NCBI GenBank assembly: GCA_017471045.1
Contig: JAFUWZ010000051.1
Span: forward strand, 23,798 to 87,797
DNA: 64,000 nt
Direction: 5' to 3'
Source of the DNA: Bacteroidales bacterium
GTDB taxonomy: Bacteria > Bacteroidota > Bacteroidia > Bacteroidales > UBA932
Position 1 is the stretch's first letter, and each line of letters begins with the position of its first letter. Shown here piece after piece: positions 1 to 8,770 of this stretch. Both the position numbers and the translations under genes were made by a program. The notes beneath the pieces were generated by a model. The model ran no database searches. It was not told the DNA's origin and worked only from the letters and a program-made list of their open reading frames with translations.

Positions 1-84
1 CTTCTCCAGGAGCAAGCGGATGTATTCACGGGCCAGATTATATGTCTTGCCGGAGCCGGCCGAAGCTTTCAGGATCCTGATCAT
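1..84 (-). CDS. addA: 5' end of UvrD/AddA-like helicase (partial, runs off window start)
   Basis: Translated by hand: MIRILKASAGSGKTYNLAREYIRLLLEK, with the N-terminal ASAGSGKT Walker A typical of AddA/UvrD. ATG at 84 overlaps the TGA of the upstream nuclease gene. Confidence 0.85.
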   Translation of the reverse strand, partial: MIRILKASAGSGKTYNLAREYIRLLLEK

Positions 85-2939
85 CTTCCACAAATCGTTT
101 TGAAATCACAATACGCGCAGGTCTTCACCTCGCCGGTCCGCCGGAAAGGAACCGACGGATCCACCAGCTCGGCGAGCAGGTCTTTGAGCCGTTCCCGGGT
201 CAGCCGGGCGAACTCGGCACTCTGGGGCTGGTCCTTCAAGGGATCGGTGAAAAGGCGCGACACCGAATAGATGGAATTGACGACCGGCCGTCCCCGCAGG
301 TCCTCATAACCCTGGGCCAGCAGCCCGTACAGGAACAACTGGAGGGCGATCTTCGGCCGGCCGGAATTGTTCGGGCCGAACAGCTTCTCCACGATAAGGG
401 CGGCATTATCGTCGGTGATCAGGAGGTCGTCGTCCTCGACCCGGCCGGTCTTGTAATCCACGATCCGCACTTCATCCCCGACATAACGGTCGATACGGTC
501 GGCGAACCCCTTCAGGCGGAAGCCCTCGAAGCGGCATTCCAACTCCCGCTCCAGGCCCAATATCCGGAACCCCGGCGAGCCCGAACGGACAAGCAGGTCC
601 CGGTCATGACGCAAAGTCTGGAACACATATTCCCGGATGACTTCCTCCACGACCAGGTTGCGGCCCGACACGTCAATGGTTTTGAGCTGTTCCATGATGA
701 GCGAGCGGACCAGGTCCTTGATCCCGGCACGCTCTTTCAGCATCCGCTCCAGATCCGCGACCGTCACCGGATTGAGCGGGGCATACAGGCGATGCATCGT
801 CTCGTGGTACACCGTACCCAGGCTGCCCGCGTCCAAAGCCTCCTCCACTTCGTCCTCGGTCTTCAAACCCTCGACGAACTGGTAGTAGAACTTGGCCGGA
901 CAGAACAAATAGTTTTGCAGCGCCGAGGCAGACAACGCATGGCTCCGGATATGCGCGATGTCGCGGGCCGTCTTCAGAATCCGGTCTCCTACAGGCGAGA
1001 GCTGCATTTTCGACGTTGAGACATAGCGTTTCAACGGGACCTGGTAGTAATACTCCAACTGCTTGATATAGCGGCTCTCCTCACCGGTCTTGAGTCCTTC
1101 GGTGCGGCTGTCGCAGATCAGCCAGACCTGCTCGGCGCGCTGGATCATCCGATAGAAATAATAAGCCCACACGCTGTCCTGGAACTCATAGGTCGGGAGG
1201 CCGAAACCCCGGCGGAGCTCCGGCGGCACGAACGAGGCACTGACGCTGCGGCGCGGGAAGGACCCCTCATTGGCCGAGAAAATGACAAGGTGGCGGAAAT
1301 CCAGGGCACGAGTCTCGAGCGGGCCCATGACCTGCAAGCCCTCCAGCGGCTCTCCGCGGAAAGGCACCGACTCAGAGGAAAGCAAGGTCTCCAGCAGATG
1401 CAGCCAGGTCGCGGGAAGGATGGCCAGGTCGATGTCTCCCAAAACCTGCAACGAAGTCAGGTAACGCTTGGCAAAATCCAGTTCGAGCAGCAGGTTTTCC
1501 ACTCCGCGGATCTTCCAGCCTACATAACTGACGATCTCGCCCAGGGCGGCGGCCATCCGCCGGTTCTGGCCGGCCGAACTCTCCTTTGGCTCCTGGATGA
1601 TGGGACGGAAAACCAAATCCAGCAACGGACCGCCCTGCAAGTCAGCGGCGGAGATATAGTAGCGGGAAGCTTTCTTGACCGCATCCACCCGATCCCGCTC
1701 TTCAGGCGTCAGGGCGGTCCGGAAAAGGCTGTTGGCAAACAAAGCGTGCACTTCCCGGTGGTAGAAGAACCATTGCCCGTCTTTCAGACGAAGGCGCTGC
1801 TGCATGGCCGTGACCGTACTCATCATCGCGTAGACGGCGCCGTTCGTGAGCGGACAACCCATCGTCACGTTGATGCTGTCATACGCGGACGGGATGGAAT
1901 TCAGCAGGGGCATCAGGAGATGCTCGTCGGGCAGGACGAAAGCCGTTTCCACAGGATCCCCGTCGCAGCCTGCCAGGATCTTCGAAGCCAGCTTGACCTG
2001 TCCCGCCGAGGAAGGGACGCTTACGACGTGGAAAACCGGCTGGCCCAGGCCCTCAGGGTCCGGCTGGAAGGCGGGAGGAAACTCCAGGACATTCTCACGA
2101 AGGAAAAACGACGACTTGTTGCGGGGATCCCGGATGGCTTCCGAGGCATAATCCCAGCAGAACTCGGCCATGCCGGCGTCCCGCATCCGCCGCAGGACCG
2201 TTTTTTCGCAGTCGTTCAGGGCATTGAGCCCGACGAAGACAAAGGACTCCCGCCCCGGGAAGACTCCGCCCAGGATATCTGCCACCGCGGCACCGTCTTT
2301 CAGCCGGGCGGCCAAGTCGCGGTAAACCATCCCTTCATAGGACATGCCGGCCGTCTTCAGCCGCTGCCGATACTGCCTGTACAAGGGAAGCAGGATATTC
2401 CAGATCTGGAGAAAGCGGGCCTTGACCGTATGGTCGTCCGTATCCAGATGGACGGTCAGCCGCCCGGCCTGGTCCCGGAAATGCGACACGAAGCGCGCCA
2501 CAGCCTCCCGCTGGGTCTCGGACAAGTGGCTGTAATCGTCCTGGATATCCTTGAAATCCGCCACGTTGGCAAACAAGTCCTGCGCATCCACCATATACTT
2601 GTCCACGTCGTCGAAATCGGCCAGGATGATTTCCCCCCAGAAAATGAACTCATCCAGCGGCTCCGCCTTGGGATACACCGTGCAGTACGTGTCATACAAA
2701 GCCAGCAGGAGCCGGATGCGGTCGGTCACGTCTCCGCCATATACCTGGTAAAAGAAATCGTTGATCGTCAGACAGGGCGGCGCCACAAGCGGCCGCGCGC
2801 TCCCGCGTTCCCGGATGGTCTCTCCCAGATACTTCCGGAAAAACACGGCGGAACGACGGTTGGGGAAGATGAAACAGCGCCGGTCGATCGGCCCCGCGTC
2901 ATAGTAATGCGAGGCCACCTGCTTCAAGAAAGGAACCAT
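81..2939 (-). CDS. addB: AddB-like protein: inactive helicase-like N-terminus plus C-terminal PD-(D/E)XK nuclease with Fe-S cysteines
   Basis: SASALQNYLFCPAKFYY, GFADRID...IVDYKTG nuclease motifs and terminal CAYCDFKTIC; coupled to addA. ATG at 2939 preferred over TTG at 2948. Confidence 0.8.
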   Translation of the reverse strand: MVPFLKQVASHYYDAGPIDRRCFIFPNRRSAVFFRKYLGETIRERGSARPLVAPPCLTINDFFYQVYGGDVTDRIRLLLALYDTYCTVYPKAEPLDEFIFWGEIILADFDDVDKYMVDAQDLFANVADFKDIQDDYSHLSETQREAVARFVSHFRDQAGRLTVHLDTDDHTVKARFLQIWNILLPLYRQYRQRLKTAGMSYEGMVYRDLAARLKDGAAVADILGGVFPGRESFVFVGLNALNDCEKTVLRRMRDAGMAEFCWDYASEAIRDPRNKSSFFLRENVLEFPPAFQPDPEGLGQPVFHVVSVPSSAGQVKLASKILAGCDGDPVETAFVLPDEHLLMPLLNSIPSAYDSINVTMGCPLTNGAVYAMMSTVTAMQQRLRLKDGQWFFYHREVHALFANSLFRTALTPEERDRVDAVKKASRYYISAADLQGGPLLDLVFRPIIQEPKESSAGQNRRMAAALGEIVSYVGWKIRGVENLLLELDFAKRYLTSLQVLGDIDLAILPATWLHLLETLLSSESVPFRGEPLEGLQVMGPLETRALDFRHLVIFSANEGSFPRRSVSASFVPPELRRGFGLPTYEFQDSVWAYYFYRMIQRAEQVWLICDSRTEGLKTGEESRYIKQLEYYYQVPLKRYVSTSKMQLSPVGDRILKTARDIAHIRSHALSASALQNYLFCPAKFYYQFVEGLKTEDEVEEALDAGSLGTVYHETMHRLYAPLNPVTVADLERMLKERAGIKDLVRSLIMEQLKTIDVSGRNLVVEEVIREYVFQTLRHDRDLLVRSGSPGFRILGLERELECRFEGFRLKGFADRIDRYVGDEVRIVDYKTGRVEDDDLLITDDNAALIVEKLFGPNNSGRPKIALQLFLYGLLAQGYEDLRGRPVVNSIYSVSRLFTDPLKDQPQSAEFARLTRERLKDLLAELVDPSVPFRRTGEVKTCAYCDFKTICGR

Positions 2940-2944
2940 ATCCG

Positions 2945-4576
2945 TCAAAAAGAAAGCTGGGCATCGGCATAGCGGGAAACCGCTTCCCGATGCGAAATAA
3001 ACAGGATTGTCTTCTCACCTTTGCATGCGGATGCGAGCCGGTCGAGCAGGATCTGCTCCGTCGCTGCATCCAGCGAAGAACTGGCCTCGTCCAGGATCAG
3101 GATACGGCCCGGCCGGAGCAAGGCACGGGCGATCGCTACACGCTGGGCCTGTCCTTCACTCAATCCGGCACCGACCTCGCTGCACAACGTGTCGAGACCG
3201 GCCGGAAGATCCTGCACGAAATCCGCTGCCGCGATATGCAGCGCTTCCCGCATCTGCTCGTCCGTGGCGGCAGCGTCCGCCAGCAGGAGATTCTCCCGGA
3301 TCGTACCGCTCATCAGGCTGTTGCCTTGCGGCACATAGGTGAAATTGCAGCGGGTCGCCACCGAAGACGGGACGCTCCGGCTGCTGTCATACAACTCGAT
3401 CCGCCCCTTCACCGGTGTAAGCAGAGCCATGACCAGGCGCACCAGCGTACTCTTGCCGGCCCCCGTATGACCGGTGATGACCGTAGTGGTGCCCGGCTTG
3501 AAATCGAAATCCAGACCGTCGATCACCGTTTTCCCGTCATCCGGATAGGCAAAGGAGAGCGAGTCCACCCGGACGCCAGGCGCCTCCGGGAAAGCATCGT
3601 CCGCCACCTCAGGCTCCAGCGGGAGCTCCTGCAGTTCCATCAGACGCTCGACCGAGGTCAGGGAATTGATGAATGCGGGGATATGCCGGCTCAGGTCGGC
3701 GATCGGCCGCTGGATCTGGCCGACCAGCTGGAGAAAAGCTGTCATCATGCCGAAAGTCACCGTGCCGCTCTTGATACCGAAAACGCCCCAGAGGAAAGCA
3801 GCGGCATAGCCGGACATGAAGCCCATGCTCATGAATGTACGTGCGACAGCATTGTAGTTCAAGCGTTTGACGGCATTGTTGCGGATATCATCCTGCAAAT
3901 GCTCCATCCGGTCTGTGACCCGGTCCACGCCGAAAAGCGTGAGAACGAGCACCCGGCGCTGCAGATTTTCCTGGATATGCCCCTGGACTTCGCTGTCCTT
4001 CTTCCGGATTTTCTCGGTCAGCTCCCGCAGCAGGCGAAAAAACATCTTGCTGCCCAGGACTGCGACCACCATCAGGAGCAGCAGCAGCCAGACCAGCTTC
4101 GGGGCAAGGTGCAGCAGGAAGATCGAAGCGGCAATCAGCTGGCACAGCGTCACGACCGCATCCGGCAAACGCGAACAGATCAGATCGACCACGACCCGCA
4201 GGTCCTCCTGCATACGGTTGATCGCATCGGCGCTGTGGAAAGTCTCCCGTCCGTTCCAGGAGCTGCGGATGATATGGGCGAACAGGTCCCGACGCATCTG
4301 CAGACGGGTTTTCACCTCCGTCAGTCCCTGCCAATAGTTGAATGCGACATTGGACGCCAGTTGAAGCGCCATCACACCGATCATCGTCCAGACATAAGGC
4401 CCGATGGGTACGGCATCGACACCGCTGGCGATATCGATCAGTTTCTTGCAGATCCATACGAACAACAGGGAGGCACCGATCCGGACCAGGCCGATCAGCA
4501 CAGTGACGATGATCCGTCCCGACAAGGGGCGGACCATCGCACCTAATCCCTTCATGCACGTACGGAAATCTTTCAT
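2945..4576 (-). CDS. ABC exporter, fused permease plus ATPase, no C39 peptidase domain
   Basis: N-terminal hydrophobic helices; Walker A GHTGAGKST, Q-loop VPQG, signature LSEGQAQR, Walker B ILILDE, ISHR. Start reassigned to MKDFRTC at 4576, 5 nt after the PqqD stop. Confidence 0.92.
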   Translation of the reverse strand: MKDFRTCMKGLGAMVRPLSGRIIVTVLIGLVRIGASLLFVWICKKLIDIASGVDAVPIGPYVWTMIGVMALQLASNVAFNYWQGLTEVKTRLQMRRDLFAHIIRSSWNGRETFHSADAINRMQEDLRVVVDLICSRLPDAVVTLCQLIAASIFLLHLAPKLVWLLLLLMVVAVLGSKMFFRLLRELTEKIRKKDSEVQGHIQENLQRRVLVLTLFGVDRVTDRMEHLQDDIRNNAVKRLNYNAVARTFMSMGFMSGYAAAFLWGVFGIKSGTVTFGMMTAFLQLVGQIQRPIADLSRHIPAFINSLTSVERLMELQELPLEPEVADDAFPEAPGVRVDSLSFAYPDDGKTVIDGLDFDFKPGTTTVITGHTGAGKSTLVRLVMALLTPVKGRIELYDSSRSVPSSVATRCNFTYVPQGNSLMSGTIRENLLLADAAATDEQMREALHIAAADFVQDLPAGLDTLCSEVGAGLSEGQAQRVAIARALLRPGRILILDEASSSLDAATEQILLDRLASACKGEKTILFISHREAVSRYADAQLSF

Positions 4577-4581
4577 AAGGG

Positions 4582-4851
4582 CTATTCGGCGACAACGCCC
4601 GCTTCCACCCACGCCTGGGCCAGCGAGGCCGCATCATGGGCAGCGACTTCTTCCGTCACCTCGTAGCGGTCCAGCAGCAGTTCCGTCAAGGTCTCAACCG
4701 TAAAATCTTTGCCCTCGACAGCCTCCCACAGGTAGGCGGCGCTGTCATTGAGCGACACCATCTTGTTGAAATTGACCTGGGCGAGCCCTTCGCCAACGAC
4801 GATGTGCTCCTTGCCCAATTTACGCAATCTGAAACCTTCAATAATCTTCAT
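4582..4851 (-). CDS. PqqD family protein / RiPP recognition element (RRE), 89 aa
   Basis: MKIIEGFRLRKLGKEHIVV...SLNDSAAYLWEAVEGKDFTVETLTELLLDRYEVTEEVAAHDAASLAQAW fits the PqqD pattern (LNxxxxxxW, YxV, Dxxxxxxxx). ATG at 4851. Confidence 0.88.
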   Translation of the reverse strand: MKIIEGFRLRKLGKEHIVVGEGLAQVNFNKMVSLNDSAAYLWEAVEGKDFTVETLTELLLDRYEVTEEVAAHDAASLAQAWVEAGVVAE

Positions 4852-4855
4852 ATCC

Positions 4856-5281
4856 TTAAGCAATTTTTCTGTAAACCCATAAAACATACTTGCGAACCGG
4901 CAGAAGTTTTCTCCAGAAAGTGCCTTTCGTCACCTTCTTGACGGAGCCGTTGGGCCGGATGATCTCCTGGACAGTACCCAGGATGTCGGACAGCGAGCAG
5001 GACTCCGTCCCGACCAGATTGCCATCTCCCATCAGCGTGACCCTGCCCCCTTCGATGATGATGATGCGATGGAGCACATACCGTTTGGGAGCGATCCGCG
5101 CCAGGACGATATCGCCGACCTCCACCGCGTCGAACTTCTTCAAGTTGACACTGTCTTTCTCGCCCCGGATGAAAGGGAGCATGCTGTTTCCCTTGGTCAT
5201 CAGGACGACTTCGATCCCCCGTGAGAGCAGATCATGGGCCTCTTCCAAAAGGATTTCGTTGGGTACTACCATCTTGTTCAT
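4856..5281 (-). CDS. S24/S26 family (signal-peptidase-like) serine peptidase
   Basis: KGNSMLPF catalytic Ser box, GDIVL, YVLHRII (His at the general-base position), GDGN. Confidence 0.85.
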   Translation of the reverse strand: MNKMVVPNEILLEEAHDLLSRGIEVVLMTKGNSMLPFIRGEKDSVNLKKFDAVEVGDIVLARIAPKRYVLHRIIIIEGGRVTLMGDGNLVGTESCSLSDILGTVQEIIRPNGSVKKVTKGTFWRKLLPVRKYVLWVYRKIA

Positions 5282-6156
5282 CTTACTGCTTCATGACATA
5301 CTTCAGCCGCTTCGTGATCCGGACGGCAGTCCAGGACGAAACACGGCACGTCCAGAACCACCTTTTCCAACGTGGCGTGCAGGCCGTCCGCGATCTTCCG
5401 GTCGGATTTCAGCCCCGAACAGGATGAATACACGGAAGCATAAGCCTCTACGACCGACAGGCGGGTCGCATGGTTCTCCGGGGCCTGGCGGATCCGCACG
5501 ATTGCGCCCACGGGAGCGTCCAAGTTGCGGTAACAGGGTGTTTTACCGCTCCAGGGAGTCCCGTAAACGCGCGCCGAACCGTCAGGGTCCAGGCGGATGA
5601 CCGGATTGTCGTCGTTGAGCAGTTCCGTGCCCGGGAAGGTCTCCAGCCACTGGCGGCTGTGCGTGCTCTTCCCCGTACCGCTCTTGCCCAGGAACATATA
5701 GCCTTTCCCGTCCTTAAGCACCACCGAGGAATGCATCTCGAGCGTGTCCATCCCGGAGGTGCGGAATGCGTAGAGGATCATCAGCGCATTGTTGAGGGCA
5801 AACAAGGCATTCCGGCGCTCGGGTACGATGCAGAAAACAGCCCGGGAGAAATCCGCCAAGGACTCCATCACGCAGCAGACCGGAGCCTTGGCCAACGGCG
5901 CCATCTCGAAACGCCATCCCTCCCCGACCCGGTACAATTCGATCCGGGACTGTCCTTCTTCGTGCGGAGCTTCGGTATAGACCGGCTCTTTTTCGCGCGC
6001 AGGCAGATCCTGCACAAGCGTCAGGGAAAACACCCCGTCCTCCTCTGAAATCGGGACCTCGAACGGGTCATACTGCCCCATCATGTTCCACAGAGGGCAA
6101 CCCTCGGGCATCTCCACACTGAACCGGTGTCCGGCTACGACGAACGACTTTTTCAT
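5278..6156 (-). CDS. HPr-kinase-related P-loop kinase
   Basis: MHSSVVLKDGKGYMFLGKSGTGKSTH and LLNDD motifs match the HprK/PEPCK-like kinase fold. ATG at 6156; the TTG at 6165 lies inside the promoter motif. Confidence 0.78.
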   Translation of the reverse strand: MKKSFVVAGHRFSVEMPEGCPLWNMMGQYDPFEVPISEEDGVFSLTLVQDLPAREKEPVYTEAPHEEGQSRIELYRVGEGWRFEMAPLAKAPVCCVMESLADFSRAVFCIVPERRNALFALNNALMILYAFRTSGMDTLEMHSSVVLKDGKGYMFLGKSGTGKSTHSRQWLETFPGTELLNDDNPVIRLDPDGSARVYGTPWSGKTPCYRNLDAPVGAIVRIRQAPENHATRLSVVEAYASVYSSCSGLKSDRKIADGLHATLEKVVLDVPCFVLDCRPDHEAAEVCHEAVR

Positions 6157-6162
6157 AGACAA

Positions 6163-6170
6163 CAAATATA
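6163..6170 (-). promoter_or_regulatory. Bacteroidota -7 promoter element TATATTTG for the kinase-peptidase-PqqD-ABC-addBA operon
   Basis: Matches TAnnTTTG and lies 6 nt upstream of ATG 6156. Confidence 0.7.
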
Positions 6171-6194
6171 ACTATTATTAGTGAATTCGCGAAC

Positions 6195-6342
6195 GAAAAA
6201 AAAGAAAGATGGGATGCTCTGCACCGGCACGTTGAACACCAGGCCGTCGCCCAGCCAGGCAGCCGACACGGTTCATCGTTTTCTTGTCACTGGCGCCGAA
6301 AGCCGGAGAGACCGGCAAAAAATACAAACCCCATCCCTTTCT
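6195..6342 (-). ncRNA. Candidate structured ncRNA, 6S-like
   Basis: GC-rich segment between two outward-facing promoters. Ends pair (GGGATG/CATCCC, then TTTGTAT/GTGCAGA with G-U pairs only on the minus strand), contains TGAACC...GTTCAA and is followed by a U-rich tract. Not verified with a covariance model. Confidence 0.3.
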
Positions 6343-6366
6343 GCTTCAGAATTGAAAGAAAGTTTG

Positions 6367-6374
6367 TAGATTTG
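6367..6374 (+). promoter_or_regulatory. -7 promoter element TAGATTTG for alr
   Basis: TAnnTTTG match 6 nt upstream of ATG 6381. Confidence 0.65.
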
Positions 6375-6380
6375 TACGAT

Positions 6381-7517
6381 ATGCCGAATCATGACAACGA
6401 TTTCACGCGTCTGGAGCTGAGTCTCCCGAACTGCCTGGACAATTTCAGGTATTTCCGCTCCCGCATCGAGCCCGCTACCCGGCTCCTCGTCCTGGTCAAG
6501 GCCAACGCCTACGGCCATGGCGCGGTGGAGATGTCCGCGATGCTCCAGCAGGCCGGCGCCGACTATCTCGCCGTCGCCCTCCCCGTGGAAGGCATCGAAC
6601 TGCGCCGGGAGGGCATCACCCTTCCCATCCTGGTGCTCACCGCCGGCACGGATTTCTTCGACGAGATGATCGAGAAGCGCCTGGAGCCCGGCATCCCCAA
6701 CCTGTACACCCTGGCCGCATTCCGGGACCGGCTCCGGCAAAGCGGCATCCGGGACTACCCCGTCCACCTCAAGCTGGACACCGGCATGCACCGGCTCGGT
6801 TTCGTTCCCGAAGAGATCCCCGCCCTCACCGCCTTCCTGCAAGACTGTCCTGAGGTCCGGGTCCAATCCGTTTATTCCCATCTCGCCGCCGCCGACGATC
6901 CGGCGGAAGACGCCTACACGATGCGGCAGGTCCGCCTGTTCACCGAAGGGGCCTCGGCGATCGACCGGGCCGTGGGATTCCACCCGATCTGGCACATCCT
7001 CAATTCGGCCGGGATCGAACGCTTCCCGCAGTACCAGTTCGACATGGTGCGGCTCGGGATCGGCATCTACGGGATCGACCCGGTCGAATATCCGGAAGGC
7101 CAGGTGGTGAGACGGGGTTTGAAGCCGATTGCCTCGCTAAAAGTCAAGATATTACAAATAAAGGAGTTACAGTCAGACGGAAGCACTATCGGATACGGAC
7201 GTCACGGGATCATCGCCCCGGAAGGCACCGTGATCGCGACCATTCCCGCCGGTTATGCCGACGGACTGGACCGCCACTTGGGGCAAGGGAACGCTACGTT
7301 CCTTCTCAACGGACATCGTGTCCCCACGATCGGCAACATCTGCATGGACATGTGCATGCTGGATATCACCGGCGTCGAGGCCAAGGTCGGAGATACCGTC
7401 ACGATTTTCGGCGAAGATCCCACGGCAACGGAAATGGCGTCCATCCTGGACACCATTCCCTATGAGATATTGACTTCGGTACCTCGCCGTATCAAGCGCG
7501 TCATCATTCGCAAATAA
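6381..7517 (+). CDS. alr: Alanine racemase
   Basis: VKANAYGHG (PLP lysine), KLDTGMHRLG, SHLA, GYADG, ICMD. Confidence 0.96.
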   Translation: MPNHDNDFTRLELSLPNCLDNFRYFRSRIEPATRLLVLVKANAYGHGAVEMSAMLQQAGADYLAVALPVEGIELRREGITLPILVLTAGTDFFDEMIEKRLEPGIPNLYTLAAFRDRLRQSGIRDYPVHLKLDTGMHRLGFVPEEIPALTAFLQDCPEVRVQSVYSHLAAADDPAEDAYTMRQVRLFTEGASAIDRAVGFHPIWHILNSAGIERFPQYQFDMVRLGIGIYGIDPVEYPEGQVVRRGLKPIASLKVKILQIKELQSDGSTIGYGRHGIIAPEGTVIATIPAGYADGLDRHLGQGNATFLLNGHRVPTIGNICMDMCMLDITGVEAKVGDTVTIFGEDPTATEMASILDTIPYEILTSVPRRIKRVIIRK

Positions 7518-8079
7518 GGTCCAGTCCGTACTGCACTTCGGCAGCGACGGCCTCTCCCTTGACCTTCTTGACGATTTCGAGCGCGAAAGCTTCCGTGTGT
7601 CCGGGCCCGCGTCCGGTGATGATGCGGCCGCAGGTGACGGCCGGCTGCGGCGAGAAGTGCGCACCTTTCGAGACCATCGGATCCTCGAAGCCGTCATAGC
7701 AAGTGAAATCAATCCCCCACAGGTCCTCCAGCTGGGAAAGCACCAGACCCGGCGCCGCACAGATGGCTGCCAGGGTACCGCCCTCGCCGTAGTGGTCTTT
7801 CATCCGCTCGATCAGCCGCTTGCAGCTGCCCAGATGCCGGGCGCCCGGCATCCCGCCGGGGAAAATCAGCACGTCGCGCTCCGATGCGCCGTCACTTCCC
7901 TCCAGGTCATCCAGATGGCAGTCGATGCCGACCATCAGGCCGTGGGACGAGACCACGAAAGGGTCGTCGGAGATGCCAACCAGTTGTACGTCGATACCCG
8001 CCCGTTTCAGGATGTCGCGGGTACCCAGGGCCTCGATATCTTCGAAGCCGTCAGCGAGGAAAAGAAAAACGCCTTTCAT
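7504..8079 (-). CDS. DJ-1/PfpI/ThiJ (YajL-like) family protein
   Basis: LADGFEDIE, IFPGGMPG, AAICAAP, IITGRGPG. Confidence 0.92.
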   Translation of the reverse strand: MKGVFLFLADGFEDIEALGTRDILKRAGIDVQLVGISDDPFVVSSHGLMVGIDCHLDDLEGSDGASERDVLIFPGGMPGARHLGSCKRLIERMKDHYGEGGTLAAICAAPGLVLSQLEDLWGIDFTCYDGFEDPMVSKGAHFSPQPAVTCGRIITGRGPGHTEAFALEIVKKVKGEAVAAEVQYGLDLICE

Positions 8080-8092
8080 GCGGAAAAGATAA

Positions 8093-8758
8093 TTAACGGT
8101 TGCGGGCGATGCCGATATAATAAAGCAGGGTCGCGATCGAGCCGATCGCCGCGATGATATAGGTATAGGCCGCCCATTTCAGGGCATCCACGGCCATCGG
8201 CTTGGTCTCGTAGTTGACGATCCCCGTCTGGTCCAGCCACTGGACCGCCCGGCTGCTGGCGTTGATCTCCACCGGGAGCGTCACGATGCTGAAAAGGGTC
8301 GAGGCCGCAAACAGGGTGATGCCCAGCCAGAGGAAAGAGGGCGTCAGGTTGATCATCAGTACCCCGAGCAGCAGCACCCAGGAGACATATTTGTTGGAGA
8401 AAGACACCACCTTGACCAGTGAGCTGCGCAGCTGGAGCGGTGCGTAGCCCGTCGCATGCTGGATGGCGTGCCCGCATTCATGGGCCGCCACCGCAGCCGC
8501 GGCGACATTGCGCTGGGAATACACGCTCTCGCTGAGGTTGAGCGTCTTGTTGGTCGGATCATAGTGGTCGGTCAGCTCTCCGGAGATGCTCATGACCTTG
8601 ACATCGGTGATCCCGTTGTCGCGAAGCATCTTGGCGGCGACTTCGGCGCCGGAGAGCGGAATCCCCACCTCACTGTACTTGTGGAACCTGCGCTGCAGCA
8701 CCTGCTGGACGATGGCGCTGGCCACCATCACGGCAATCAAAACAAACCAGATATTCAT
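8093..8758 (-). CDS. Membrane neutral zinc metallopeptidase (YugP-like)
   Basis: LTDHYDP, AAVAAHECGHAIQ, TLPVEINASSRA, AAYTY. Confidence 0.92.
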   Translation of the reverse strand: MNIWFVLIAVMVASAIVQQVLQRRFHKYSEVGIPLSGAEVAAKMLRDNGITDVKVMSISGELTDHYDPTNKTLNLSESVYSQRNVAAAAVAAHECGHAIQHATGYAPLQLRSSLVKVVSFSNKYVSWVLLLGVLMINLTPSFLWLGITLFAASTLFSIVTLPVEINASSRAVQWLDQTGIVNYETKPMAVDALKWAAYTYIIAAIGSIATLLYYIGIARNR

Positions 8759-8770
8759 CTTTCTTCCGAT

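Noticed and set aside
2945-6156. Classical lasso peptide cluster
   Set aside because: There is no asparagine-synthetase-like cyclase or B2 transglutaminase-like peptidase in the window. The candidate peptide also lacks an Asp/Glu at position 7-9 after a Thr(-2) cleavage site.
6181-6369. 62-aa plus-strand ORF and a 32-aa minus-strand ORF in the kinase-alr gap as a precursor peptide
   Set aside because: Neither has a YxxP or other leader motif. One starts at a GTG facing away from the operon, and the sequence is better explained as structured RNA or promoter DNA.
7504-7517. 14-nt convergent overlap of alr and the DJ-1 gene as a regulatory device
   Set aside because: Short 3'-3' overlaps are common in compact genomes and there is no other supporting signal.
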